A stretch of DNA of 64,000 bases from an uncultured Pseudomonadota bacterium (GTDB taxonomy: Bacteria > Pseudomonadota > Alphaproteobacteria > RF32 > CAG-239). The notes beneath the pieces were generated by a model that had not been told where the DNA came from, did no database searches, and saw only the letters and a list, made by a program, of their open reading frames with translations. Below are positions 40,026 through 49,741 of this stretch, one piece after another. The stretch is from assembly GCA_949295935.1 (NCBI GenBank), contig CASFMW010000001.1:2038-66037 (forward strand). The letters are read 5' to 3'. The translations under genes were made by a program, and so were the position numbers. The first letter of the stretch is position 1. Every line of letters starts with the position of its first letter.

Positions 40026-41708
40026 TCAGTTCACCTTTCTGTTAATAATCATAAAAGAGCCGTCTGCCAACAGTACGGATGTCACTTCAATCTCAATTCC
40101 GTCAACACGCGTAAGCATAAAAGTTTTTGTCGTAGCATTTGTAATATGGCTAACAATATCATTCTTCAAATTATTCCAGTTGTCAACCAGCGGAAATTTA
40201 TCTTTCGCAGCTTCAATAAGTTCCTGCAAAGAAGGATCATTTTGCAAAAAGATTTCCTTATAGTCCCAAAGCTCCATATAAGCGCGGTTATAAAGGCTTA
40301 ATCTCCCATTTGGTGTAAAAATCATAACCGCTTCGGAAAGATTATCAAGAATCTCTTTTTGTACAGATATCAAGTCATTATAAGCACGGCGCGTCGCCAG
40401 ACGATCTGTCACGTCTTCAAATGCAAAGAAAAGCCCGCCCATTGGATGCTGAGCTCTCACGCGACGAAGTGTGCGCCCGTCCGGCAGATGGAGAAGGTCT
40501 TCTTTAGCTTCAAGAATAGAAGAGAAAGCATCTTGTTCCCCTTGTTTATACTGAATAAAATCAGGAACTTCCGGCAAAAGTCTTTTTTCTCTGATTTCGT
40601 CAAGAAAAGCAGAATAAGGCGGTTGAGCATCAAGCCAAGAATTATCCAACTTCCACATTTGAGCAAAAGACTTATTATAAAAAGCCAAACGCTTTTTTGC
40701 GTCAAACACGGCAAAAGCCGTGCCGAGTGCGCCCAAGATTTCAAGATGAGCATTTTGATGAAGCTTCAAATTGCGCTTTAAATCATCAAGCTCGGTAATC
40801 TCAGCCATAGAGCCAACGCTATAAATTTTATCAAGACTCTGTTCCGCATGAAACGGAATTTCAACCACTTCAAAAGAATGACGCGCCCCGTTTTTAACCA
40901 AGCTGATTTTTTGCTTGCGTGTTTTATTTGTTGCATGGGCTGCTGTAGCCAAGTCCAAAGAAATACTTTCATTATTTGTGCCGATAATTTCGATTCCCTG
41001 AGCAATAACGGCGTCACGATTTTTCTCAGCCACAAAGTCTAAATAAGGCTTGTTAACAAACTTAAGATGTTGCTGATCATCTCTCAACCAAGCTGGATAA
41101 GCCAAATGGTCAATAAGGTCGCTCAGGCGCAAGGTCTTGTCTGCAGCTTTTTTGCATTCAGCCTGAAGCTCATCAATTTTGGTTGTTTCATCACTGATAT
41201 CTCTAAACCAAATAACATCACAAAATATATGTCCGCCGGCATCACAGATTCGCGCACCGGAAAGTTTTAGGATTCGCCCATTGTTTTTCGTTGTAAAAAT
41301 ATCTTCAAACGAGCAGCCTTCATCAAGAAGAATATCAGCATATTTCTGAATTTTTCTGGCATCATCTTTATAAAAAGCCTTCAACACATCTTCAAAAGAA
41401 GAATTCACGCCATTTTCAAGCCCAAGTAAAACAGCCACCCTTCTGGAGCACTTAAAGACAATCTTTTTTCTTGGGTCATCAATATTATCGTCCGGATAGA
41501 TAAAGGAAAAATAGCCATCTTTTGAGGCATAAAGCACCTCGGTCAAACGATTGGATTCGCGGTTTGCAAAATAATTCTTCTGCCGAAGCTTAAGAATAAG
41601 GATAGAAGAATAAAACAACAACAATAACAGCAGGATAAAAACGGCAGCAATCAGATACCATAATTCCGGAGCGGCATAAAACATATTGATTAAAAGATTG
41701 TAAGACAT
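40026..41708 (-). CDS. membrane-anchored multi-PAS-like sensor protein without an output domain
   Basis: An N-terminal TM helix (LWYLIAAVFILLLLLLFYSSILIL) is followed by about three repeats of PAS-like modules of roughly 130 aa, resembling the sensor parts of alphaproteobacterial histidine kinases. No H-box or ATPase motifs are present. Confidence 0.5.
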   Translation of the reverse strand: MSYNLLINMFYAAPELWYLIAAVFILLLLLLFYSSILILKLRQKNYFANRESNRLTEVLYASKDGYFSFIYPDDNIDDPRKKIVFKCSRRVAVLLGLENGVNSSFEDVLKAFYKDDARKIQKYADILLDEGCSFEDIFTTKNNGRILKLSGARICDAGGHIFCDVIWFRDISDETTKIDELQAECKKAADKTLRLSDLIDHLAYPAWLRDDQQHLKFVNKPYLDFVAEKNRDAVIAQGIEIIGTNNESISLDLATAAHATNKTRKQKISLVKNGARHSFEVVEIPFHAEQSLDKIYSVGSMAEITELDDLKRNLKLHQNAHLEILGALGTAFAVFDAKKRLAFYNKSFAQMWKLDNSWLDAQPPYSAFLDEIREKRLLPEVPDFIQYKQGEQDAFSSILEAKEDLLHLPDGRTLRRVRAQHPMGGLFFAFEDVTDRLATRRAYNDLISVQKEILDNLSEAVMIFTPNGRLSLYNRAYMELWDYKEIFLQNDPSLQELIEAAKDKFPLVDNWNNLKNDIVSHITNATTKTFMLTRVDGIEIEVTSVLLADGSFMIINRKVN

Positions 41709-41809
41709 GATATTAATGTTCCGAAACTAATAAAGGGTTGTTTATTTATAGATTTTATAATATAAACGCAAATAGTAAAACTCAAAAAAACAGGTAGTGA
41801 ATAAAAAAG

Positions 41810-42481
41810 ATGTACACATTAGCATTTGATACAACGGCAGGTGGCTGCTACATAGCCTTATTAAAGGATGATAAAATATCGCGCACTTTTGAACAAGACA
41901 TGGATTATGGACAAGCAGAAGTCTTAATGCCGGAGATAGCAAATATATTAAATAAAGAACGGATAGATTTTAAGGATATAAACTTAGTCGTTGTCTGCAC
42001 CGGCCCTGGGTCATTTACGGGCGTTCGCTCATCAGTTTCGGCCGCCCGAACATTTTCAATCGCTGATGAAAAATTGGCTGTTACCGGTGTGTCTGCATTT
42101 GAGGCCTATATACGCAGCCTTGAGCCGGAAGAGATTGCCGAGTTAAACGCCGTTATTATTGAAACCAAAAGAGACGATTTTTATTATCAAATTTTTGATT
42201 CCTCCTTGCATAAAGTAACCGAATCCGGTGCCGACAGCAGAGAAAACATCATAAGCCAACTGCGTCAAAAAAAGATCAGCTTGATAGGCGACGGTGTAGA
42301 GCGCTTTTTGAATCAGCCGACAGGATTAAGCCTTCATGCCATAAGAATGGAACGTCACTTGTCTATTGAGCATTTGGCTTGGAGCGGACTCAAAAAGTTT
42401 TTAGATAAAAAGCTTGATTTTCCGAAGCCCTTATATTTGAGGGCACCGGATATCTGCATCAAGAAAACAGATGAAATGTAA
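41810..42481 (+). CDS. tsaB: tRNA threonylcarbamoyladenosine biosynthesis protein TsaB
   Basis: MYTLAFDTTAGGCYIALL...VVCTGPGSFTGVRSSVSAARTFSIA (YeaZ family). Confidence 0.85.
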   Translation: MYTLAFDTTAGGCYIALLKDDKISRTFEQDMDYGQAEVLMPEIANILNKERIDFKDINLVVVCTGPGSFTGVRSSVSAARTFSIADEKLAVTGVSAFEAYIRSLEPEEIAELNAVIIETKRDDFYYQIFDSSLHKVTESGADSRENIISQLRQKKISLIGDGVERFLNQPTGLSLHAIRMERHLSIEHLAWSGLKKFLDKKLDFPKPLYLRAPDICIKKTDEM

Positions 42482-42584
42482 ATGCAAAAAATATCCTCTG
42501 AATTTGCGATAAAAATATTGCAAAACAATACTAAAACGCGTATATAAATAAAAAGAAGGACAAAAATAAAAAAATCGGCAAAGA

Positions 42585-43493
42585 ATGGGATACCTGAGTC
42601 ATAAAAAAAAGGAAGAAAGAATAGATGTATTTCTAAATGTTGCGCTAATTGCCACAACATTATACAGCTTTTTTACCTTGTTTGAAGCAGGTTGTGCTGT
42701 TTGGGAGCACTTGTGCCGTTGGCATTTTCAATATTATCTTTTAATGCAAGCTTTGTTCTTATATGCCTTATACCAAAAACGCTGGGGGCGCAGCGGATTA
42801 TTTGCGCTTCTGATTTTAATAAATTTCGTTTCATTATCATCAACCAGCAACCTGTTTACCAATATCTCATCAGATAGCAATTCTGAGCTAAATATCATAT
42901 ATCAAAATCATAGTGAAGAAGCTAATTCCATCATAAAGCAAGCCTATGCCAATAATGGTGAGATTTTAGCATTAAACACGGATAAAGAACTGGCTCCGAC
43001 ATATGACGACAACTACCGCTTATATCACGAAGATGCCGGCATGGGCCCCAGCCTTATCTTGAGTGATATTCCTCCTGAACAAGCCGGCAAAGTCAGCTTT
43101 GCTCCAAATCGCCAAGCGTCATATATCGCCATCACCAAAAACGGCCAAAAAATAATGGTTTTGAATATAGATTTCTCTAACCTGAAAAAAGAAGAAGTCC
43201 AAACCGTTTATAAAAATCTTGAAGAATTTGTCCTTGCTCAAAATCTTCCTTTGGTAATTGTCGGAGATTTTGGAATGCCGACATGGATGCCCGCCGTCAA
43301 AAACTTCATGATAAACACCGGCCTTGAGGTCAAAAACAGAGTAATCTTAAGCGATGGGAGTCAGTGGTTTAATCCGTTCACGATACCAAGCATAAATGTA
43401 TTAGGCTACAAAGCACTCGGGCTCAAACATTTCGAACGCCTTGATCAGAGCCCATCGGGAAGCTATCCGTTTTTATTTAGCCTCAGCCTCTAA
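42585..43493 (+). CDS. membrane protein with a possible endonuclease/exonuclease/phosphatase (EEP)-like C-terminal domain
   Basis: It has 3 N-terminal TM helices. LPLVIVGDFGMPTW resembles the EEP GDFN motif. The assignment is weak. Confidence 0.4.
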   Translation: MGYLSHKKKEERIDVFLNVALIATTLYSFFTLFEAGCAVWEHLCRWHFQYYLLMQALFLYALYQKRWGRSGLFALLILINFVSLSSTSNLFTNISSDSNSELNIIYQNHSEEANSIIKQAYANNGEILALNTDKELAPTYDDNYRLYHEDAGMGPSLILSDIPPEQAGKVSFAPNRQASYIAITKNGQKIMVLNIDFSNLKKEEVQTVYKNLEEFVLAQNLPLVIVGDFGMPTWMPAVKNFMINTGLEVKNRVILSDGSQWFNPFTIPSINVLGYKALGLKHFERLDQSPSGSYPFLFSLSL

Positions 43494-44945
43494 AGATTTT
43501 ATTTTTTTTCGAATAATGTCAGCAAGCTCTGTTTCTTCAAATGCCGTTGCATAAGTTAGGGCTGTTTCATAAGTCTTTATGGCTTGAAGACTGTTTCCGA
43601 GCTTTGTCTCAATAAGGGCGATGTTGGCATAGTCAGTTGCTGCACCGGAAAAACGTTCATCTTTTTGCTCTATCGAAGCCGATTTCAAAAACAAAGATTT
43701 CGCCCGAGCGAGTTCGTTTTTCTGCAAAAAAATAAGGCCCAACAAAGAATATGCATTTGCAATATGAAAACAGCCGGAATCTTTTTCTCCCTTTTTGATA
43801 ATCAGACGCAAAACAGCTTCCGCTGCTGCAAATCTTTCAAGTTCAAAGTCGATTCTTGCAACCAAATAAAGACTGTCTAAGGTAGCCGCCGTGTCGATTC
43901 CTTTTTGGTAAATTCTGGCAGAAGAAACAGCTTCGACCAAAGCTTGTGACCACAAATTTTGTTCACAAAAAATAAAAGCCCGAACCTGATGTGCAAAAGC
44001 CATTCCATTTTTATCATGCAATTTTTCATGAGCCTCAACGGCAGCATGAACCGAGCAAAGAGCGTCATCATATTTCTTTTGCAAAAGAAGGGTCAAAGCT
44101 TTTTGCGTAAGGATATAAGCGGCAGCTTTGCGGCGATTAGAGTTAAGATTAATTTCCAAACTTTTTTGAAAATAAGCGAGTGCATCGTCAAAATTTTCAC
44201 GCATGGTCCATAGCATTCCAAGCCCGCCAAAAGCATCTGCTTCTCCTGCCGGATGTCCAAAGGCATGAAACAGTTGCGCCGCCTGCCGAAACATAAAATG
44301 AGAAACATCTTCAACAGCCGAAACTCTAAAAATAGTCGCAGATAACAAATAAGCATAAGCTTCTTCAATATAGGCACCGGATTTCTTAAACAAAGAAGCC
44401 GCCACCGCCGCTTGCTGAGAGGCATTTTCCATATCCCCGCAAATAAGGGCAAACTGCGCCTGATAATAAGCCGCTTTGGCCTTAAAATATGGGGAGCAAG
44501 TTTTTACCTGAACATTGTCGAGCAAAGCCGAGGCTTCGTCTTTTTTTCCGAGCTCAAAGAGTAAGGAAACAAGCTCGATTCTCGCCGATTCTGACTTTAT
44601 TTTTTTGAAAAGAGCAACAGCCTCTTCGGGCTGATAAAAAGCCTTCAACGAGGCTTCTTCAAAAAAAAGTTTTTTTTGCCGAAGAAATTTAAGAACGCCA
44701 CTGATTTTGCCGCAGGACAAATTCAGCAAAAGCTTTTTATTTTTTTTGAATGGAATTTTCAGAAGCGTTTTAAGAATCTTTCGCAAAGCATAAGATGAAA
44801 AATAAGGGGCCGAAGAAACTTTTTGTTGCTGCAAAATCAACTGCTTGGAAGATATTTTAAAATAATGATCTAAGGCGATTTTCCTCCAAAACAGAACAAA
44901 CACCGCAAAAGACAATACAAATAAAAAAATTCCGATATAGAACAT
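43473..44945 (-). CDS. TPR-repeat protein with an N-terminal TM helix
   Basis: It contains repeated 34-residue A/L/Y-rich helical pairs, e.g. ALAYFQKSLEINLN, AIKTYETALTYA and AKSLFLKSASI. Confidence 0.6.
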   Translation of the reverse strand: MFYIGIFLFVLSFAVFVLFWRKIALDHYFKISSKQLILQQQKVSSAPYFSSYALRKILKTLLKIPFKKNKKLLLNLSCGKISGVLKFLRQKKLFFEEASLKAFYQPEEAVALFKKIKSESARIELVSLLFELGKKDEASALLDNVQVKTCSPYFKAKAAYYQAQFALICGDMENASQQAAVAASLFKKSGAYIEEAYAYLLSATIFRVSAVEDVSHFMFRQAAQLFHAFGHPAGEADAFGGLGMLWTMRENFDDALAYFQKSLEINLNSNRRKAAAYILTQKALTLLLQKKYDDALCSVHAAVEAHEKLHDKNGMAFAHQVRAFIFCEQNLWSQALVEAVSSARIYQKGIDTAATLDSLYLVARIDFELERFAAAEAVLRLIIKKGEKDSGCFHIANAYSLLGLIFLQKNELARAKSLFLKSASIEQKDERFSGAATDYANIALIETKLGNSLQAIKTYETALTYATAFEETELADIIRKKIKSLEAEAK

Positions 44946-45001
44946 AAAATTTACACTAAATTTAGTTTTGAATCATATCATATGAGCATAAGCTATAATA
45001 T

Positions 45002-47446
45002 ATGGGAAAAATCAAAATGGCTATTACAAAATTAAAATCCGGACAACTTTACAAAAAATGTGATTCGCGCAAGTTCAAATTCTCCAGCACGGCAGAACTG
45101 GAAGAACGCCTTTCCGCTTTGGGGCAAGATAGAGCTATTAGCGCGGTTGAACTTGGTGTCAACATCAAGTCAAAGGGCTATAACCTTTTTTGCTTAGGGC
45201 CAGAAGGTACCGGAAAGACCAGTCTGGTTAAAAGAATATTAGAAAAAGAATCAAAAACACGCCCCACACCGGATGATTGGGCCTATGTTTACAATTTTGA
45301 TGAGCCCTATAAGCCGAAAGCTATTAATTTTCCTGCCGGCACGGCGGCAGATTTTGCCAAAGACATTGATGAGTTAATCGAAAATTTCTCTGCCAGCATT
45401 CCAGCAATACTCGAAAGTGAGGAATACAAAGCCGGATTAAATATTATCAAAGAAAAATATAGCGAAAAGAAAGAAGACTATATCCGCATTTTGCAAAAAA
45501 AGGCAAAAGGCAAGAGCGTATCGCTTCTGCATATGCAGGCAGGTTTGGTTGTTGCTCCGACACGCAATGGCGAGGTTGTCAGTCCCGACACCTTTGACCA
45601 ACTTCCGGAAGAAGAAAAAAAGGCGCTGATGGATGACTTAAACGCCATGCAGGCCGAGATAGAAAGCGTTGCTCAGGACTTGCCTAATTGGGAAGAAAAA
45701 CAGCGTCAGGAAATCAGCAACTTAAAAGAAAAATTTTTAAAGCTCGCGGTTAAACAGCCAATAGATGACCTTCGCAAAAAATATAAAACCCAAAAAGCGG
45801 CAATAGACTTTTTGCGCAGCATGCAAAACCATATTGTTAGCAATATTGATGACTTTATGCCGGAGCCCGAAAAGACAGAAGACGGTGCTGATGGATTAGC
45901 GGCCTTGCTCTCAAAAATGAACAAAAACGAGGAGGATAAGTTCTCCAAGTTTAAGGTAAATGTTGTGGTTAAAAACGAACCCGACAGCGGCGCCCCGATA
46001 GTCTTGCTCGACCACCCGACCCAAGGCAATTTGGTCGGTAAAGTTGAAAGAATTCAGCAATACGGCGCTTTGCTGACCGACTTCACTTTGATAAAAGCAG
46101 GCGCTTTGCATCGAGCCAATGGCGGATTCTTATTGATGGATGCAAGAAAACTTCTGTTGCAGCCATTCTCTTGGGATTCTCTAAAACGAGCCATGGCTTC
46201 TAAAGTAATAAAAATTGAAGCCCCGAGTGATGAAACCTCATTTACAACCATATCTCTTGATCCGGAACCGATTCCTTTGGATGTAAAAGTTATTTTAACC
46301 GGTGACGCTGAGTTATATGAGCTTTTGAGCGAAAGAGATCCTGATTTTTGCGACTATTTCAAAGTAGAAGCTGACTTTGGTATTTTGATGGACAGAACCT
46401 ATGAAAATGAGATTGAATACGCCAAATTAATCGGCTCTCTGTCAAAGAAAAAACACTTGCGCTCATTAAATAAGCAGGCCGTAGCCAGAGTAATTGAATA
46501 TTCATCTCGCTTGGCTGATGATACCGAAAAATTAACCGCGCATATTGCCTCAATCGGAGACTTATTGCGTGAAGCAGATTATTGGGCTCGCAAGTCAAAG
46601 GCCAATCAAATCGGCAAAAACCATATTGAACAAGCCATCGAAGCGCAAATCTATCGCAGCGACCGCATAAAACAGGCCATGCTCGAACAGATTGACAAAG
46701 GCACGATTCTTATGGATGTCGAGGGCGAAAGAGTAGGTCAAATAAATGGCTTGGTTGTTTACAATTTCTCTCGCTTTTCCTTTGGAAAACCTGCCAGAAT
46801 AACGGCACAGGTAAGACTTGGTCGCGGCGAGTTTTTGAACATTGAACGCGAAGTTGAAATGTCTGGCCCAATTCATTCAAAGGGCATGCTAATTTTGCAA
46901 GCTTTGCTGTCAAATCGCTTTGCCAAGTACAGGCCACTGTCTTTAAGTGCGTCGATTGTTTTTGAACAGTCTTATGGAGGTGTTGACGGCGATAGTGCTT
47001 CTTCAACCGAATATTACTGCATGCTTTCTGCTATAACGGGATTACCGATAAAACAAAGCATAGCCGTAACCGGCTCAATCAATCAGTTTGGCGAGATTCA
47101 GCCAATCGGTGGCGTTAATGAAAAGATTGAAGGATTCTTTGATGTCTGCAAACGCGCCGGATTAACCGGAAATCATGGCGTTATAATTCCACGCACTAAT
47201 ATCAGCAATCTGATGTTAAGAGAAGACATCAGAAAAGCGGTTGATGATGGATTATTCCATGTCTATGCAATTGATAGCGTTGATGATGGTATAGAAATTT
47301 TAACCGGAAAAACAGCCGGAAAGCCGGACAAAGATGGCAACTACCCTAAGGGCACAGTCAACTATATGGTTCAAAAGAGCCTTGACGAATATTATAAGCG
47401 TTACGTCGAGTTTGCCAAAGAAACACATGGTTGCATGGCAGGGTAG
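45002..47446 (+). CDS. Lon-like ATP-dependent protease (COG1067 / LonB-YcbZ type)
   Basis: Walker A CLGPEGTGKTSLVKR, a long helical insertion, and an S16 protease domain with GVDGDSASSTEYYCMLSAITG (catalytic Ser) and GGVNEKIEGF (Lys). Confidence 0.8.
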   Translation: MGKIKMAITKLKSGQLYKKCDSRKFKFSSTAELEERLSALGQDRAISAVELGVNIKSKGYNLFCLGPEGTGKTSLVKRILEKESKTRPTPDDWAYVYNFDEPYKPKAINFPAGTAADFAKDIDELIENFSASIPAILESEEYKAGLNIIKEKYSEKKEDYIRILQKKAKGKSVSLLHMQAGLVVAPTRNGEVVSPDTFDQLPEEEKKALMDDLNAMQAEIESVAQDLPNWEEKQRQEISNLKEKFLKLAVKQPIDDLRKKYKTQKAAIDFLRSMQNHIVSNIDDFMPEPEKTEDGADGLAALLSKMNKNEEDKFSKFKVNVVVKNEPDSGAPIVLLDHPTQGNLVGKVERIQQYGALLTDFTLIKAGALHRANGGFLLMDARKLLLQPFSWDSLKRAMASKVIKIEAPSDETSFTTISLDPEPIPLDVKVILTGDAELYELLSERDPDFCDYFKVEADFGILMDRTYENEIEYAKLIGSLSKKKHLRSLNKQAVARVIEYSSRLADDTEKLTAHIASIGDLLREADYWARKSKANQIGKNHIEQAIEAQIYRSDRIKQAMLEQIDKGTILMDVEGERVGQINGLVVYNFSRFSFGKPARITAQVRLGRGEFLNIEREVEMSGPIHSKGMLILQALLSNRFAKYRPLSLSASIVFEQSYGGVDGDSASSTEYYCMLSAITGLPIKQSIAVTGSINQFGEIQPIGGVNEKIEGFFDVCKRAGLTGNHGVIIPRTNISNLMLREDIRKAVDDGLFHVYAIDSVDDGIEILTGKTAGKPDKDGNYPKGTVNYMVQKSLDEYYKRYVEFAKETHGCMAG

Positions 47447-47451
47447 GGGCT

Positions 47452-47931
47452 ATGCTAAAAATATTATTTGTCTGCACTGGAAATATCTGCCGTTCACCAA
47501 CGGCAGAGGGTATTATGCTAGACCTAATCAAAAAGTTAGGGCTGGAGCAAGAGTTATATGTCGAATCTGCTGCAACAACGTCTTATCACGACGGTGATGC
47601 GCCGGATTCGCGCTCTCAGGCCTGCGCGCTGGCTCATGGCATAAATATTGCCAATCTTCGTTCTCGGTCGATTCGTGGAGATGACTTTGCTGATTTTGAC
47701 TTAATTTTGGCGATGGACAAGCGCAATATTGCCGATTTGGAATATCGCCGCCCACAAGGCGACAAGCGTTATAACAAAGCAAAAGTTGAGCTGATACTAA
47801 CCTATGCGCCCGAATACGGAACTGAGGTTCCTGACCCTTATTATCATGATGGCTTTGACAGGGTTTTTGAAATGATTGAAACCGCCTGCAAAAACTTTAT
47901 TGAAGAATATAAAAAGCGCAAACCTATTTAG
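47452..47931 (+). CDS. low-molecular-weight protein-tyrosine phosphatase
   Basis: MLKILFVCTGNICRSPTAEG carries the CX5R(S/T) P-loop, and VPDPYY carries the DP general-acid motif. Confidence 0.9.
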   Translation: MLKILFVCTGNICRSPTAEGIMLDLIKKLGLEQELYVESAATTSYHDGDAPDSRSQACALAHGINIANLRSRSIRGDDFADFDLILAMDKRNIADLEYRRPQGDKRYNKAKVELILTYAPEYGTEVPDPYYHDGFDRVFEMIETACKNFIEEYKKRKPI

Positions 47932-48646
47932 GTAATCCGATTTTTGTAACAACCACCTTTTGATACATTCCACCGTAATAAGTAGTTTTGCGCCAGCTAT
48001 ATCCGACTTTTTTTGTGGCATACATATCAATAGAACGCTCCCAAAGCTTTTCAGCAAAAGGCTGATAGAGACGGTTAAACATTCTAATAAAATAGCGGAA
48101 GGGATTCCACCTAGAAGGATTGTGATAATCGATAAAAATAACCTTCCCGCCGGTTTTAATAAGATTCAAAGCGTTGTCAACAACTCTGATTTTTGATAAA
48201 GGCGGCAGCTCGTGCAAAAGGTTATAACAAATAACACGGTCAAATTTTTCTTCGGATTTAAAACGCGTTGCGTCTGCTTTTATAAATGAAAGCTGAGGAA
48301 ACAGATACTGATATTTTTGATCACAGCGTTTAATCTGTTTTGGGTTATTATCAACAATAACATATTTTCCGAAGGAAGAAATTTTATAAGCAGTCTTTTC
48401 AATTTGCGGTCCGAAGGTTGCCCCAAATTGCAAGACATTCGCAGTCATCGGAATATCATCATTAAGTGCATCCGCAAGCCTAAAACAAGCCCCCAAAGTA
48501 AAAACAGAAAGAAAGACTGTATTATCAAACAAAGCCGATAATTTTTCGGAATTATAAAGCCTTTCCTGCGGAAGCCGAATATCCAAAGGCAACTTTGGCG
48601 AAATCGACTTAACGTTATTAACTTTGGTATTGTTGTTTTGCGGCAT
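47924..48646 (-). CDS. class I methyltransferase-fold protein with a degenerate SAM motif I (RquA-like?)
   Basis: VLQFGATFG occupies the position of the VLDxGxGxG motif I. The motif II/post-II regions are YVIVDNNPKQI, FDRVICYNLLHELP and GGKVIFIDY. Its start overlaps the HPt gene by 29 nt. Confidence 0.6.
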   Translation of the reverse strand: MPQNNNTKVNNVKSISPKLPLDIRLPQERLYNSEKLSALFDNTVFLSVFTLGACFRLADALNDDIPMTANVLQFGATFGPQIEKTAYKISSFGKYVIVDNNPKQIKRCDQKYQYLFPQLSFIKADATRFKSEEKFDRVICYNLLHELPPLSKIRVVDNALNLIKTGGKVIFIDYHNPSRWNPFRYFIRMFNRLYQPFAEKLWERSIDMYATKKVGYSWRKTTYYGGMYQKVVVTKIGLPK

Positions 48647-48992
48647 GTGCAGAATCCATATAAAGAACAAGCGATGAAAGGCCTTCCTTGCACAAAGATA
48701 TACTTTCATATACCTCTTTGTCAATCTTAGCCAAATCACGGTTAACAATATTATGTTCTATTTTTGCACATAAAAGGGCAAAACTGTCAAGCCCAAAGAC
48801 CTCAGCCGCAGGTCTAATTTGGTGATAAACTTCGCGTAAAGAAATATAATCACGACTTTTCAAAGCAGATTGAGAACGAACAAAAAAACTTTCAACCTCA
48901 TCGGCAAATACAAACCACAGCTTAAAAAGCTCGTCCTTTCCGAGCAATTTTTCATAGTTCATCAGGGAAGATTGATTAAAGACTTCAGTCAT
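48618..48992 (-). CDS. possible HPt (histidine phosphotransfer) domain protein
   Basis: The 124-aa helical protein has SLREVYHQIRPAAEVFGL, which resembles the HxxKG..a.lG phosphotransfer motif (His, then a small-residue patch). Its start overlaps the rsmE stop by 8 nt. Confidence 0.4.
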   Translation of the reverse strand: MTEVFNQSSLMNYEKLLGKDELFKLWFVFADEVESFFVRSQSALKSRDYISLREVYHQIRPAAEVFGLDSFALLCAKIEHNIVNRDLAKIDKEVYESISLCKEGLSSLVLYMDSAHAAKQQYQS

Positions 48993-49740
48993 CAGATATA
49001 TTCCAGTCACCGGCAATCGCCTGCCAACAAGAAAGCGCCGCCGCAACGGCAGTTTCCGCGCGCAGGATTCGTTTTCCTAGAGAAACGGAATGCGCAAATT
49101 CAAGCCCTCTGAGCAAGGCAATTTCTTCAGCAGAAAAGCCGCCTTCAGGGCCAACTAAAATCGCGGCACTGGAAATATTTTTTTGCTTTGCAAATAAGAA
49201 AGCCTCAAAAACAGAGCTTGTTCCGCCGGTCTCATCCATAAAATAAAGCGGACGTTGTTTATCCCAGTTTGCAATAATTTTTGCAAGAGGAATAGCCTCT
49301 TCGATAAGCGGCACATCAAGCCGACGAGATTGCTCTGCCGCTTCAATAGCCTGCGCCTTAAAGCGCTCGATTCTGGTTTTGTCAGTAATGGTAAATTTTG
49401 TAATGACGGGAATAATTTTAGCACAGCCGAGTTCGGTTGCCTTTTGAATAACAAAGTCGGTTTGGTCTTTTTTTAGAGGAGCAAAGAGCAACCAAATATC
49501 AGGAGAAGTCATAGGTGTTCTTGTTTGATTTCCCAAACAGATGGTTAAGCTTTTTTTATTAACATCAACTATTTTAGCCAAGAATTCTCCATCTTCGGCA
49601 TTAAAAACCAAAAATTCATCTCCGTTTTTTAACTTCATAACATGGAACAGATAATGGCTCTGCGCTTCATCAAGCGGAAAAACCACCTGCATAGCAAGAC
49701 GGTTCTGTAAAAACAATCGAATATTAGATTTAAGGGCCAT
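48985..49740 (-). CDS. rsmE: 16S rRNA (uracil1498-N3)-methyltransferase
   Basis: It has a PUA-like N-terminal domain and a SPOUT C-terminal domain with AAILVGPEGGFSAEEI...LGKRILRAETA. Confidence 0.85.
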   Translation of the reverse strand: MALKSNIRLFLQNRLAMQVVFPLDEAQSHYLFHVMKLKNGDEFLVFNAEDGEFLAKIVDVNKKSLTICLGNQTRTPMTSPDIWLLFAPLKKDQTDFVIQKATELGCAKIIPVITKFTITDKTRIERFKAQAIEAAEQSRRLDVPLIEEAIPLAKIIANWDKQRPLYFMDETGGTSSVFEAFLFAKQKNISSAAILVGPEGGFSAEEIALLRGLEFAHSVSLGKRILRAETAVAAALSCWQAIAGDWNISDD

Positions 49741-49741
49741 A

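Noticed and set aside
39298-40263. A 321-aa ORF on the plus strand, the longest unassigned ORF in the track.
   Set aside because: It is the antisense mirror of the Lys/Glu-rich gene and of the 3' end of the PAS gene. It is extremely Phe/Ile-rich (AAA/GAA codons read backwards), has no RBS and crosses a gene boundary. This is most likely a shadow ORF.
45002-47446. The Lon-like protease as BrxL of a BREX/defense system.
   Set aside because: There is no PglX-type methyltransferase, PglZ, BrxC or other BREX component nearby. The neighbours are housekeeping-type genes.
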